Of a DNA stretch of 64,000 nt, positions 38,734 through 48,868 are shown one piece after another. Under the pieces are notes generated by a model. It searched no databases, was not told the origin of the DNA, and was given only the letters and a program-made list of their open reading frames with translations. Origin of the DNA: Sedimentisphaerales bacterium. Lineage in GTDB: Bacteria; Planctomycetota; Phycisphaerae; Sedimentisphaerales; Anaerobacaceae. Location of the stretch: positions 896,001 through 960,000 of the forward strand of contig OY970194.1 of assembly GCA_963708075.1 (NCBI GenBank), in the 5' to 3' direction. A program made the position numbers and the translations under genes. The stretch's first letter is position 1; the number at the start of each line of letters is the position of its first letter.

Positions 38734-39717
38734 ATGAAGCATGGATTTTGTCAGATGTGCTGGGTGGTGTGGCTGGTCGTCGGGCTCTGGGGTGTGACGC
38801 GGGCGGTGGATCGGCCGGAGGTCGTGCTCAAGCTCGGGCATGGCTTGGACACTGAACATCCCGTGCATAAGGCGATGATGTTCATGGCCGACAAGGTCCG
38901 CGAGAAATCCGGCGGGCGGATGCAGGTCCAGGTGTACCCCGGCGAGCAGCTCGGCAATGAGAAAGAGTGCATCGAGGCCCTGCAACTCGGATATCTGGCG
39001 ATGACCAAGACGTCCAGCGCCCCGCTGGAGGGGTTCGTGCCGAAGATGCGGGTGTTCGGCATTCCCTACCTGTTTCGCGACGCGGACCATCTCTGGAAGG
39101 TGCTCAACGGTCCCATCGGCAAGGAGATTCTGCTGGCGGGCGAGTCGAAGCGGCTGCGAGGTTTGTGTTACTATGACGCCGGGGCGCGGAGCTTCTACGC
39201 CAAGCGGCCGATCAACAAACCCTCCGACCTGGCGGGCATGAAGATCCGCGTGCAGAACAGCATCATGTCCATGAAGATGGTGCAGGCGATGGGGGGCTCG
39301 CCGACGCCGGTGCCCTGGGGCGAACTGTACACTGCCCTCGATCAGGGCGTGGTCGACGCCGCCGAGAACAACGCGCCCTCGTTCCGCACGTCGCGACACT
39401 ATGAGGTCTGCGCGTACTACTGCCTCGACGAGCACACGTGCCTGCCCGATATCCTGGTGATCAGCACGAGGGTCTGGAACAAGCTGTCGCCCGAGCAGCA
39501 ACGAGTGCTCCAGGAGGCGGTCGATGAGTCCGTTGCGTACCAGCGGAAGATCTGGGCCGAGGCCGAGTTGAAGGATCTCCAAACTGTGCAGGAGCAGGGG
39601 GCCAGGATCGTCCGGCCGGACAAGGCGCCCTTCCGTGAGTCCGTCCGGCCCCTCTGGAAGGAGTTCGAGGGAACCGAGATCGGCGAGCTGATCCGGCGAA
39701 TTCAGGAGGTGCAATGA
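38734..39717 (+). CDS. dctP: TRAP transporter substrate-binding protein
   Basis: QLGNE, PSDLAGMKIRVQ and ELYTALDQGVVDAAEN motifs. Confidence 0.92.
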   Translation: MKHGFCQMCWVVWLVVGLWGVTRAVDRPEVVLKLGHGLDTEHPVHKAMMFMADKVREKSGGRMQVQVYPGEQLGNEKECIEALQLGYLAMTKTSSAPLEGFVPKMRVFGIPYLFRDADHLWKVLNGPIGKEILLAGESKRLRGLCYYDAGARSFYAKRPINKPSDLAGMKIRVQNSIMSMKMVQAMGGSPTPVPWGELYTALDQGVVDAAENNAPSFRTSRHYEVCAYYCLDEHTCLPDILVISTRVWNKLSPEQQRVLQEAVDESVAYQRKIWAEAELKDLQTVQEQGARIVRPDKAPFRESVRPLWKEFEGTEIGELIRRIQEVQ

Positions 39718-40253
39718 AGTTTCTCCAGATCGTCAAGAAGGTTCTGGACCGTTCGCTGGAAGTGCTGGTCATGGTCGTGATGGCAATCCTGGTCCTGGAC
39801 GTGCTGTGGCAGGTCTTCACCCGGCTGGTCCTGAAAGACCCCAGCACGTGGACCGAAGAGCTGGCGGTCTTCATGCTGATCTGGGTCTCGCTGCTGGGAG
39901 CGGCCGTGGCCCTCGGCCGCGGGGCACACCTGGGGATCGACTACTTCGTCGGCAAGCTCCCCGCCCGGGCCAGGCTGGGCACTGAGGTCATCGTCTTTCT
40001 CAGCGTCTCGGCGTTCTCCCTGCTCGTCATGGTCATCGGGGGCGTCGATCTGGTCGCCAGCAACCTCGACCTGGGACAGGAGTCGCCGGCCCTGCGTGTC
40101 AAGGTGGGCTATGTCTATCTGGCGGTGCCCATCAGTGGTTTCTTTCTTACGCTCTATGCCGTCATCGGTCTGGTCGAGAGAATCAGGGAACTGCTCAAGA
40201 AACAACCGCCGGCCGGCGAGCAGATCACCCTGAGCGCCATGAAGATCGACTGA
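39714..40253 (+). CDS. dctQ: TRAP transporter small permease
   Basis: QVFTR..WTEELA..HLGID; four transmembrane segments. Confidence 0.9.
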   Translation: MKFLQIVKKVLDRSLEVLVMVVMAILVLDVLWQVFTRLVLKDPSTWTEELAVFMLIWVSLLGAAVALGRGAHLGIDYFVGKLPARARLGTEVIVFLSVSAFSLLVMVIGGVDLVASNLDLGQESPALRVKVGYVYLAVPISGFFLTLYAVIGLVERIRELLKKQPPAGEQITLSAMKID

Positions 40254-40295
40254 AATCGTAAATCATAATTCATAAATCGTAAATCCGGAGGCTCC

Positions 40296-41597
40296 GTGGA
40301 TTTGCCCATTCTCGTTCTTGCGGTCAGTTTTCTGGTCCTGATGTTGCTCAACGTGCCCGTGGCGTTCTGCATGGGGATAGCCGCGACGCTGGCGTTTCTG
40401 ACGATGGGGGGCATGCCCGCCTTCACCGCCGTGGCGCACAACATGGCCACCGGCATCGACAGCTTCGCGCTGCTGGCCATCCCGTTCTTCGTGCTCTCGG
40501 GCCTCCTCATGGGCCATGGCGGCATCGCCCGCCGGCTGATCGATTTCGCCAACGTCCTGATGGGACGTTTTCGCGGCGGGCTGGGCTACGTCAACGTGCT
40601 GACCTGCATGATGTTCGGCGCCATCTCGGGCTCCGCCACGGCGGCCGTCTCCTCCATCGGCGGGTTCATGATCCCCGTGATGAACAAGATGGGCTACGAC
40701 CGCGACTTCAACGCCGCCGTGACGATCACCGCCGCCACGACAGGACTGCTGATCCCGCCGAGCAACATCATGATCGTCTACTCGCTGGCCACGGGCGGCT
40801 TCGTCTCGATTGCCGCCTTGTTCATCGCGGGATACCTGCCCGGCTTCCTCGTCGGCCTGGGACTGCTCGTCGTCAGCGGGGTCGTCTCTGTTCGGAACAA
40901 CTACGGCAAAGGCGAGCGATTCGCCTTTCGCGAGGGCGTGGTCCGTTTTCTGGCGGCGATCCCGGCGCTGCTGCTCATCTTTATCGTCATCGGCGGCATC
41001 CTGCTGGGCTGGTTCACTCCCACGGAGGCCTCCGCCATCGCCGTGCTCTACTCGTTCTTCCTCGCGGTCATCGTGTATCGGGAAGTGAAGGTCCGGGACC
41101 TGCCCAGGCTCCTTCTCCAATGCGGCGTCACGACCTCCGTGGTCTTCCTGCTGATCGCCACGAGCATGGCCATGTCCTGGGTCCTGGCCTCGGAGAACGT
41201 GCCGCACGATATCAGCGCCGCGCTGGTGGGCTTGACCGGCAGCAAGGTGGTCCTGCTGCTGCTGATCAACGCGCTCCTGCTCGTGGTCGGCTGTTTCATG
41301 GACATGACGCCGGCGGTGCTGATCTTCACGCCGATCTTCCTGCCCGTCGTCGAGAAGCTCGGTGTACATCCTCTCCATTTCGGCATTATCATGATCATGA
41401 ACCTGTGCATCGGCCTGTGCACGCCGCCGGTGGGCACGTGCCTGTTCCTCGGCTGCGGCATCGCGGAGACCACGGTCACCAAAGTGATGCGTCCCATCCT
41501 GCCGTTCTTCATCGCCATGGTCGTCACCCTCCTGCTGTGCACCTTCATCCCCGAAATCTCCATGTGGCTGCCCGAGAAATTCGGCTTCGTCAAGTGA
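40296..41597 (+). CDS. dctM: TRAP transporter large permease
   Basis: AIPFF, FGAISGS, LIPPS, TPTEAS and TPPVG motifs. Confidence 0.93.
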   Translation: MDLPILVLAVSFLVLMLLNVPVAFCMGIAATLAFLTMGGMPAFTAVAHNMATGIDSFALLAIPFFVLSGLLMGHGGIARRLIDFANVLMGRFRGGLGYVNVLTCMMFGAISGSATAAVSSIGGFMIPVMNKMGYDRDFNAAVTITAATTGLLIPPSNIMIVYSLATGGFVSIAALFIAGYLPGFLVGLGLLVVSGVVSVRNNYGKGERFAFREGVVRFLAAIPALLLIFIVIGGILLGWFTPTEASAIAVLYSFFLAVIVYREVKVRDLPRLLLQCGVTTSVVFLLIATSMAMSWVLASENVPHDISAALVGLTGSKVVLLLLINALLLVVGCFMDMTPAVLIFTPIFLPVVEKLGVHPLHFGIIMIMNLCIGLCTPPVGTCLFLGCGIAETTVTKVMRPILPFFIAMVVTLLLCTFIPEISMWLPEKFGFVK

Positions 41598-41700
41598 GTC
41601 GCGCCCACTCCGTGTCCAATTGCTGCTTGCATCCCCTCTGGCTTGGCACTACAATGGCCGCATGTCTCCTGGGACTATTGTGCTCTGGGAGTGAGATAGT

Positions 41701-41898
41701 ATGACGAAGAAGACGTTCGATGTCGTGGTGTTCATGCGGAAGCGACGCGAGGAACTCTCCCGTGCCTACGCCGGCCTCAGCGCCGAGCAGATTGAGGAAC
41801 GGGTGCAGCAGACGCTCAAGGATGATCCCCTGTGGAAGCCACTCTCGCGGAAGGAAGCCTCGTCGGACTCGAAGAGGAGAGCCAGAGATCATCCCTAG
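41701..41898 (+). CDS. Small hypothetical protein (antitoxin-like size and charge)
   Basis: MTKKTFDVVVFMRKRREELS; 65 aa. Confidence 0.5.
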   Translation: MTKKTFDVVVFMRKRREELSRAYAGLSAEQIEERVQQTLKDDPLWKPLSRKEASSDSKRRARDHP

Positions 41899-41954
41899 TT
41901 CTCTTGGATTGAAGGTCAATTTGGCAGGTGAATGATGGACTGGAGAGGAGTCCC

Positions 41955-43077
41955 ATGAATCTTGAGACTGAGGTTAGTCGCGAGCTCTGGCAGGCTGTTC
42001 GACGCAGCTATGGGTCGCAAGCTTGGTCCAACGCGGTTCTCGATTCGGTTCACTATCTGAGCGATGCGCTGCGAACGAAGACGGGTTTGCAGAGCGACGG
42101 CGTGGCACTGGTCGGCCAGGCATTAGGCGGGAGTGTCCCGAAGCTCAGGCTCAACCGTCTTCAGACCGAGTCAGAGAAGAGCGTCCAGGGCGGAGTCGAA
42201 CAACTTCTTCGCGGGGTGTACCAAGCCATCAGAAATCCGCAGCCACGAGCGTATCGAAGACAGGCAGGTTGACGCGGATGCCATCATCCTCTTTGTCGAT
42301 TACCTTCTGAGGGTGATTGGACACGCTCGCTCGGCGTTTTCGATCGATGAGTGCGTCGGGCGTGTCGTGGAAGAGAACTTCGTGCCAAGCGAACGATATG
42401 CAGGACTCTTGATTGAGGAAATCCCGAATCGCCAACGTTTGCAGGTGGCCTTGGCCGTGTACCAGAGGAAATTGGAAGCGGACGGGCGAAAGCTCCGGTA
42501 CTTCTTTGACGCCATCGTCTCAAAGCTGGCAGAAGAAGACTTGGGAGAACTCTTCCATGCGATCTCCGTTGACCTCCGGGAAAGCTCTGATGAGGATACT
42601 CTCCGGTGCGTGCTCCAGGCACTCAGTCCGGAGTGCTGGTCACGAATTGACGAGGCTGCGCGACTGCGAACCGAGAATCGAATCATCCAAGACCTTCGAG
42701 ATGGACGATACCTGCGCGAGGCTGACAAATGTCAGGCTGGAGCGATGGCGACTTGGTCCCGAAGCTTCTGGCCTTACTTTACCCTCAAGCAGGAAGTGAT
42801 GCAGACGATAATTGAAAAGCTGCGATCTACAAGCGTCGAAAGTCAAGACTATGCTTTGATGTATTGTTTCGGTGCCTTGGATCGTGTTGCAGACAAGCCG
42901 CCAGCATCACTTCAGACGATTCTGGCGGAGCGGCTCGAAGCTGGGGATACTCGCTTCAAGGAGGCTCTCGATGCCTCATCTCTTTGGTTCGACGGTGAAT
43001 GGGATGAGCGTGTGAAGAAAGCAATTGAGTCATTTCAGCCACGTGGCATAGTGCCTGATGAGGATATCCCTTTTTAA
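41955..43077 (+). pseudogene. TIGR02391 (Ymh-like) family protein, frameshifted at ~42240
   Basis: DGVALVGQALGG..LNRLQTESE..GVYQAIRNP, continuing as (R)SHE..DADAIILFVDYL in another frame; 2 nt appear to be missing. Confidence 0.7.
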
Positions 43078-43450
43078 GCCGAGATGAAGACTTGGAGATA
43101 CTTGGGACGGGGGTTAGGTTTCTCGGGGCCGGGGGCCGTGTCTTGATTATTCATTATCGGTGCCGGGATCGAATTGACACCCTATCGCAGACTTGGGCCT
43201 GGTGTGCGGAGCGGCTCGTAGCGTCTATTGCCAAATCCGGGAGGACGTGGGGTCAACTCTTGGCACTTGACAGACTCATAAGGCGTGGGGCGCACACCGA
43301 GTCCCCTCGACCCGGAAAGCCCTCCCAAAGCAATGCCGGACACGAATAATGAACAATTAGAATGCGACCCGGAGAACCCAGGGGAGAAGCGTAGACACCC
43401 GCGCCAGATACGGCATACACTGTAGCGGCGCATTGCTAACGGATCACACC

Positions 43451-43840
43451 TCAGGATTTGTAGACAACCTCCGTCGCTTGATGTCTTGCGGCGTATGCTC
43501 CAAAGTGTTCTCGCGCGACGGCTTCGCAGCTCCTCGATTTCAGGAACACGAATGCATCCTTCCGACCCTTTTCTTCGATATCGTAGAACCCCTCTTTTAC
43601 CAGGAGTATGGCTCTCGTACGGTTGACCGAGATCAATCCCAGAAGCTTGGTCTGCTCCTGCTCTTCGACCGTCAGATGCGGATAGCCGGCAGGCGTGTCT
43701 GTTGAAGCATTTGGGGGCGGCTCTACTCTTGCGATGACGAGCTTGCCCTTGTACGTGCGGGAGTTTTCAAGATCCACGACGATTCTCTCCACCACAGCCC
43801 TGAGGTCGTCATTCTGCGATTGACTCTGAATGGTCTTCAT
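43451..43840 (-). CDS. Hypothetical protein
   Basis: GGAGAG RBS; plausible composition. Confidence 0.5.
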   Translation of the reverse strand: MKTIQSQSQNDDLRAVVERIVVDLENSRTYKGKLVIARVEPPPNASTDTPAGYPHLTVEEQEQTKLLGLISVNRTRAILLVKEGFYDIEEKGRKDAFVFLKSRSCEAVAREHFGAYAARHQATEVVYKS

Positions 43841-43867
43841 GAATATCTCTCCAGACATAGGGCCTGC

Positions 43868-44227
43868 TCAGCTATGAGCGGCCCTCACCGCAAACAGGTG
43901 CCCCATCAGATGCGCGAGTACCCATACCGCTACCGCACAGAGGGTCAAGATGATAGAATATCTACGCCAGTGAGTCATGGACGCAGGTCCGCCAGTCCCC
44001 GTGCATCCGCCGAGAAACCTGATGTCCATGTATCGGATCAGTACCAGGCTTACCAGGGCGATCCAGAAGACCCAATCGGCCGTTTGGAAAAAAACGCCCC
44101 CATTGTGAAAAATGAAGATCGCACAGAACGCGAGAAGAACGTTGCCAAGGAGCATCCACCAGAGCCTCACGGCCATTCCGAGTGGCGTGCTTTGCTTATC
44201 TCCCATTTGGCCTTCGGGTGCAGGCAT
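43868..44227 (-). CDS. Hypothetical membrane protein
   Basis: Three hydrophobic segments. Confidence 0.55.
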   Translation of the reverse strand: MPAPEGQMGDKQSTPLGMAVRLWWMLLGNVLLAFCAIFIFHNGGVFFQTADWVFWIALVSLVLIRYMDIRFLGGCTGTGGPASMTHWRRYSIILTLCAVAVWVLAHLMGHLFAVRAAHS

Positions 44228-44928
44228 AAACCATCTCCCAACAATCACAATCTTGAGATTGACTGGCAGATGGCGGCCCGACCATCCCAACGCGCCTGCG
44301 AGGTCTGGATGAACCTCGCACCCTTTGAAGAATCACCCTACAGAGATGGAACCCTCATGTCAACAGCAATTTGCACTATGATGTCTGCTGGGACGTTACA
44401 AGCAGAGCAAGAAGACACCTGATCATCAGCGGCAGGGGCCGTGTCTTCACTGTTCATTGTCTGCGCCGTAGGTATATTGACGCCTTTTCGTGAGCTTGGG
44501 CCGGTGTCCACAGCACGCCCGAGTTCTTGGACCCTGACGATTCCCGGATCATCCGCATGGGCTAAAAGCCCATCCTGCATGCTGCAAGGAAGGCCTTGAG
44601 CCTCTTATGTAGGTCGTGCGTCCCCGCGCCACAGGAGGGCGAGCGCCCGTTGCTCGCCCTACGCGGCGCAGCCGTGCCCATGCCACGAAAGTAAGCCGCA
44701 CACCTGTCCCTGTGCAAAAAAGCAGGGCTGTAAGTCCCTGGGCCACAGGGGGTTACAAGTATTGTCCCTATCTAACAGAAATTCCTGTAACATTCTGCCC
44801 TCCGGGAGCGTCTATTCTGTATGGTCGTATGGCCATTGTACATCCGGTGGGGCCGCGCCCGGGCAGGCCTGCGGCCATGTTCAAATCAAAAATCAAACAT
44901 CAAAAATCATAGATTCCGGAGGTTTCCC

Positions 44929-46128
44929 ATGGGTAGCCAGGCACGAGTCGCCGCCAACCGTCGTAACGCCGCCAAATCCACCGGACCCCGCACCACAGAG
45001 GGCAAGGCCGTCGTGGCGCAGAACGCCGTCAAGCATGGCCTGTGGGCCCGCCAGGCCGTGCTCAGGAACGAAGATTCGCAGGAATTCGAGCTGCACCGCA
45101 GCCGGATGCTCCGGAAGCTGGACCCGGATGGGCCGGAGCAGGAGGCGATGGCGGAACGCATCGTCGGTCTCTGGTGGCGGCTCAAACGGGCCGAACGCAT
45201 GCAGGATGAGGCCCTCGATTATCTGATCGAGGCGGATCGCGGCAGCGACTGGGTCAAGTGCTGCCGGGAGGACGGCGATCCATCGGCCAGGGCGGCGATG
45301 AGCTTCGGCCGGGCGGTCGCGCGAGACTTCGCCGAGACAAGGACCCTCGACCGGCTGACGATGCACGAACGCCGGATCGAGAGCAGCCTGTACAGGACGA
45401 TGAAAGAGCTTCGGCTGGTCCGGCGGGAGCAAGAAGGGCAGGACGGGCACGGGGCATCGAGTTCGCACAATGTGAGGAATCACGACGGGTGGCAGCGGCA
45501 AGCGCAGCCTGCGGAGCTTGCCGATGGTGTTGGGCTGCATCCTGACGCCATCGGCAAGCCTGCGCTTGCCGCTGCCACCCGGCAGGGGACGAGCGATTCT
45601 GCGAAACAAAGCCAATTCGAGGCGCCTCAGGAAGACCATCGCCAAGCTTCGCTTGACGCTGCCACCCGGGAGGGGACGAGCGATTGTGTGAAACAAAGCC
45701 AATTCGAGGAGCCACAGGAAGACCATCGCCAAGCTGCGCTTGACGCTGCCACCCAGCAGGGGACGAGCGATTCTGTGAAACAAAGCCAATTCGAGGCGCC
45801 TCAGGAAGACCATCGCCAAGCTTCGCTTGACGCTGCCACCCGGGAGGGGACGAGCGATTGTGTGAAACAAAGCCAATTTGAGGCGCCTCAGGAAGACCAT
45901 CGCCAAGCTTCGCTTGACGCTGCCACCCAGCAGGGGACGAGCGATTCTGTGAAACAAAGCCAATTTGGGGCGGCGGAAGGCGGGCACTGTCCACCCTGCA
46001 GAACTGCGAACGGGGACGGCAACGCGAAACAAAGCCAATGCCGTAAGCCGGCCGCGGGTGCCGGCGCTATGCTGCGGCCTCGGCCACGGGTCGCATACCA
46101 CTGCCATGACATCGCCCGCTCGTATTGA
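44929..46128 (+). CDS. Hypothetical 'ANRRNAxKSTGPRT.EGK..NA.KHG' family protein with a repeat-derived C-terminal half
   Basis: GGAGG RBS; conserved-looking N-terminal ~180 aa (WWRLKRAERM, ERRIESSLYRTMKEL); then 29-aa repeats containing KQSQF. Confidence 0.75.
   Translation: MGSQARVAANRRNAAKSTGPRTTEGKAVVAQNAVKHGLWARQAVLRNEDSQEFELHRSRMLRKLDPDGPEQEAMAERIVGLWWRLKRAERMQDEALDYLIEADRGSDWVKCCREDGDPSARAAMSFGRAVARDFAETRTLDRLTMHERRIESSLYRTMKELRLVRREQEGQDGHGASSSHNVRNHDGWQRQAQPAELADGVGLHPDAIGKPALAAATRQGTSDSAKQSQFEAPQEDHRQASLDAATREGTSDCVKQSQFEEPQEDHRQAALDAATQQGTSDSVKQSQFEAPQEDHRQASLDAATREGTSDCVKQSQFEAPQEDHRQASLDAATQQGTSDSVKQSQFGAAEGGHCPPCRTANGDGNAKQSQCRKPAAGAGAMLRPRPRVAYHCHDIARSY
45487..46040 (+). repeat. 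Full palindromic element followed by an 87-bp tandem array anchored by GYGAAACAAAGCCAAT
   Basis: Motif starts at 45601, 45688, 45775, 45862, 45949 and 46024. Each 87-bp unit carries a half element CCATCGCCAAGC..CGCTTGACGCTGCCACCC. Confidence 0.92.
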
Positions 46129-46220
46129 TCGCCGGGAAGGACCGGCAACGCGGTTCGAATCCGCCACCGAGTGCCGGGCGCACCCCATGTCAGTGTGCCT
46201 GTAAAGACAACCTGGCAGTC

Positions 46221-46313
46221 GGGTGGCAGCGGCATGCGGAGAGCAGCGGAGCTTGCCGATGGTGTTGGGCAATTGAGGAGCCAGCGGCAAGCCGGCGCTT
46301 GCCGCTGCCACCC
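46221..46313. repeat. GGGTGGCAGCG palindromic element
   Basis: Same terminal arms; the flanking ~25 bp also match the flank of the 30209 copy in inverted orientation. Confidence 0.8.
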
Positions 46314-46552
46314 GGAACAGTGCCCGAAGACTTGCACAGACCCTATGTCAGCGGGGAGCGGCTTTGCGTTCTGGGGGGGACTGTGTTATGCTCTTGCTGG
46401 AAAATAGGAAATGGCATCCTGTTGAAAGGGATTTCCATGGAGCATAGGAGAAGTGGCTGGGGTGCGAGCAGGGGGCAGCGGTATCAGAAGCTTGGCATGC
46501 CGCTGGATGAGACGGTGAATGTCAAGTAAGCAGCGATGGTTAGTGAGCGTGC

Positions 46553-47479
46553 ATGATAGTCATCAAGGTTGATAAGATAAGTAAGTCGTTCGGCAAGGTC
46601 GGTGCGGTGTGCGACCTGAGCTTCGAGGTCGAGGAGGGCACCTGCTTCGGGCTTCTGGGGCCGAACGGGGCGGGCAAGACGACCATGATGAAGATGGTCT
46701 ACGGCCGCAGCCGGCGGAATGATCATGACGGCGGGATCATCGACATCTTCGGCTACGACCCGGCACGCGATGAGCTGGCGATCAAGGCGCTCTCCGGCGT
46801 CGTGCCCCAGGAGAACAACCTCGACGAGGAGCTCAACGTCATCCAGAACCTGATGATCTACTCGAAGTTCTACGGCCTGTCGGCCAAGGTGGCCCGGGAG
46901 CGGATCGAGGTGCTCCTCGATTTCCTGGAGCTCTCCGAGAAGATCCGTGCGAGGATCAAGGAACTGTCGGGCGGAATGCAGCGGCGGCTGGTCATCGCCC
47001 GTGCCCTGTTGAACAATCCCAAGCTGCTCATCCTCGACGAGCCGACCACCGGCCTGGACCCACAGGTCCGCCACCTCATCTGGGACAAGCTCCGGCAGCT
47101 CCGGGCCCAGGGAACCACCATCCTGCTGACCACCCACTACATGGAAGAGGCGTTCCAGATCTGCGACAGGGTCCTGATCATGGATAAGGGCAAGAGGGTC
47201 CTGGAGGACGATCCGCACAAGCTGCTGGCGGAAAACATCGAGGCCTACGTCATGGAGGTGCCGATCACGAATGGCACGCCGGTCATCCATGAGTCCGACC
47301 TGCCCGAGAGCGTCCGCCTGGACCGGACCGAGGGCACCATGCGGTTCTACGCAGATGGAATTGATCAGCTCAAAGGCATGGCCGACAAGCTCTCCGGCCA
47401 GAACTATTACCTGAGGCAATCGACGCTCGAAGACGTATTCCTCAAGACGACCGGGAGGATGCTCAATGAAAAGCAGTAG
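46553..47479 (+). CDS. ABC exporter ATP-binding protein (NodI/DrrA-like)
   Basis: GPNGAGKT, LSGGMQRR, LDEPTTGLD and TTHYMEEA motifs. Confidence 0.92.
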   Translation: MIVIKVDKISKSFGKVGAVCDLSFEVEEGTCFGLLGPNGAGKTTMMKMVYGRSRRNDHDGGIIDIFGYDPARDELAIKALSGVVPQENNLDEELNVIQNLMIYSKFYGLSAKVARERIEVLLDFLELSEKIRARIKELSGGMQRRLVIARALLNNPKLLILDEPTTGLDPQVRHLIWDKLRQLRAQGTTILLTTHYMEEAFQICDRVLIMDKGKRVLEDDPHKLLAENIEAYVMEVPITNGTPVIHESDLPESVRLDRTEGTMRFYADGIDQLKGMADKLSGQNYYLRQSTLEDVFLKTTGRMLNEKQ

Positions 47480-48257
47480 CCCGGTTGCCTATCCGTCGCT
47501 GGCCCAGAGGCTCTTCAGCGTCTGGTACCGGCACGTTCGCGTGTACACGAAGAACCTGGTCAGCAACGGCCTGCCGCCGTTTCTGGAGCCGCTGCTGTTC
47601 CTGGCGGGCGTCGGACTGGGCCTGGGCAAGTATATCACGGAGAGCATGGACGGGCTCTCGTACATCGATTTCCTCGGGACCGGCCTGCTGGTCACTGCCG
47701 CGATGTTCACGGCCGCCTACGAATGCACCTTCGGCACGTTCATCCGCCTGGAGTTTGAGAAGGTCTATGACGGCATGCTCGCGGCGCCGATCACCGTCAA
47801 CGACCTGATCATCGGAGAGATCATCTGGGCGGGCACCAAGGGCCTGTTCTTCACGTTCGCCGTCCTGTGCATCCTGACGCTCTTCGGGATCATCCATCTG
47901 CCGGAGGGCCTGCTTGCTCCGCTGGTCGGCTTTCTCACGGGCCTGATGTTCGGGACCCTGTCGCTGTGGATCACGTCGTTCGTCAAGACGATCAACCACT
48001 TCAATTTCTACCTCACGGGCATCATCTCGCCGATGTTCTTCTTCTCCGGGGTGGTCTTTCCGATCAGCAACCTGCCGCCGTCCGTGCGGTTCATCGCCGA
48101 GATCGTGCCGCTGACGCATTCGGTCCGCCTGGCGAGAGCCGTAAGCACAAACCATTATCAACTCTCCCTGCTGGCCGACCTGCTCTATATCGCCGTATTC
48201 ATTGCGATCACCGGCTGGCTGGCCATCCGGCGTCTCAGAAAGCGGCTGATCACCTGA
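47466..48257 (+). CDS. ABC-2 permease (NodJ-like)
   Basis: LEPLLFL, YIDFLGTG, PMFFFSGVVFP and PLTHSV motifs. Confidence 0.9.
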   Translation: MKSSSPVAYPSLAQRLFSVWYRHVRVYTKNLVSNGLPPFLEPLLFLAGVGLGLGKYITESMDGLSYIDFLGTGLLVTAAMFTAAYECTFGTFIRLEFEKVYDGMLAAPITVNDLIIGEIIWAGTKGLFFTFAVLCILTLFGIIHLPEGLLAPLVGFLTGLMFGTLSLWITSFVKTINHFNFYLTGIISPMFFFSGVVFPISNLPPSVRFIAEIVPLTHSVRLARAVSTNHYQLSLLADLLYIAVFIAITGWLAIRRLRKRLIT

Positions 48258-48268
48258 GCGACTTAGAG

Positions 48269-48522
48269 GTGGAGTTTTGCAGAACGGAAGTTGGGCTTAC
48301 TTGGGGAAGGAAAAATGGGCTTTTCATTTTTCCTTCTCCATCAACAGACGCCAAGGGTGCATGATACGTACACTGGGAAGCGATCGGAGATTGCCTTGCT
48401 ACACGCGGCAAGACAGACCTGCGCGGGGTGCGCAACACGCACGAACCACTTGTCGATTCAAGGAAATCCCAAAGCGGATTTCCTTGAATGATAAGCCCAA
48501 CTTCCATTCTGCAAAACTCCAC
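48269..48522. mobile_element. MITE / non-autonomous IS derivative
   Basis: 31-bp terminal IRs GTGGAGTTTTGCAGAA(C/T)GGAAGTTGGGCTTA with 1 mismatch; flanked by TTAGAG / TCAGAG; no ORF. Confidence 0.75.
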
Positions 48523-48553
48523 TCAGAGGTTTCAACGGGATGCGTCTCACTAT

Positions 48554-48643
48554 GTCACCCCCGCGCAGGCGGGGGTCCACGGCGATGCGTTTCTGGATTC
48601 CCGCCCCCGATCAGGTCGAGGGCAGGCTCTGCGCGGGAATGAC
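48554..48643. repeat. GTCA..CCCGCG.AGGCGGG-type palindromic repeat
   Basis: GTCACCCCCGCGCAGGCGGGGGTCCA..TGGATTCCCGCC..TGCGCGGGAATGAC. Confidence 0.75.
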
Positions 48644-48654
48644 ATGGAAGCAGT

Positions 48655-48748
48655 GGGTGGCAGCGGCGAGCGCCGGCTTGTCGATGGCTCTCACATGCGG
48701 CCGAACACCATCGGCAAGCTTCGCAGACTCCGCTTGCCGCTGCCACCC
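48655..48748. repeat. GGGTGGCAGCG palindromic element
   Basis: Same arms as the other copies. Confidence 0.82.
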
Positions 48749-48868
48749 ATCTTTGGGACGGCGGAGAATCTTTGCGGGCACTGCCGGAATGTGCGCGGCC
48801 GCGAGATTTCTTCTTCTTTTCCTGCGACAGGTTGCTAAGATGAGCGGCTAAGGAATCAGGGTCGCATT

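Noticed and set aside
45601..46040. CRISPR array
   Set aside because: The repeat is only 16 bp, four of five spacers are near-identical, the array lies within an ORF, and there are no cas genes in the window.
46150..46175. tRNA (GGTTCGAATCC T-loop)
   Set aside because: Only a 4-bp T-stem; no D arm, anticodon arm or acceptor stem could be built. It overlaps a dispersed motif.
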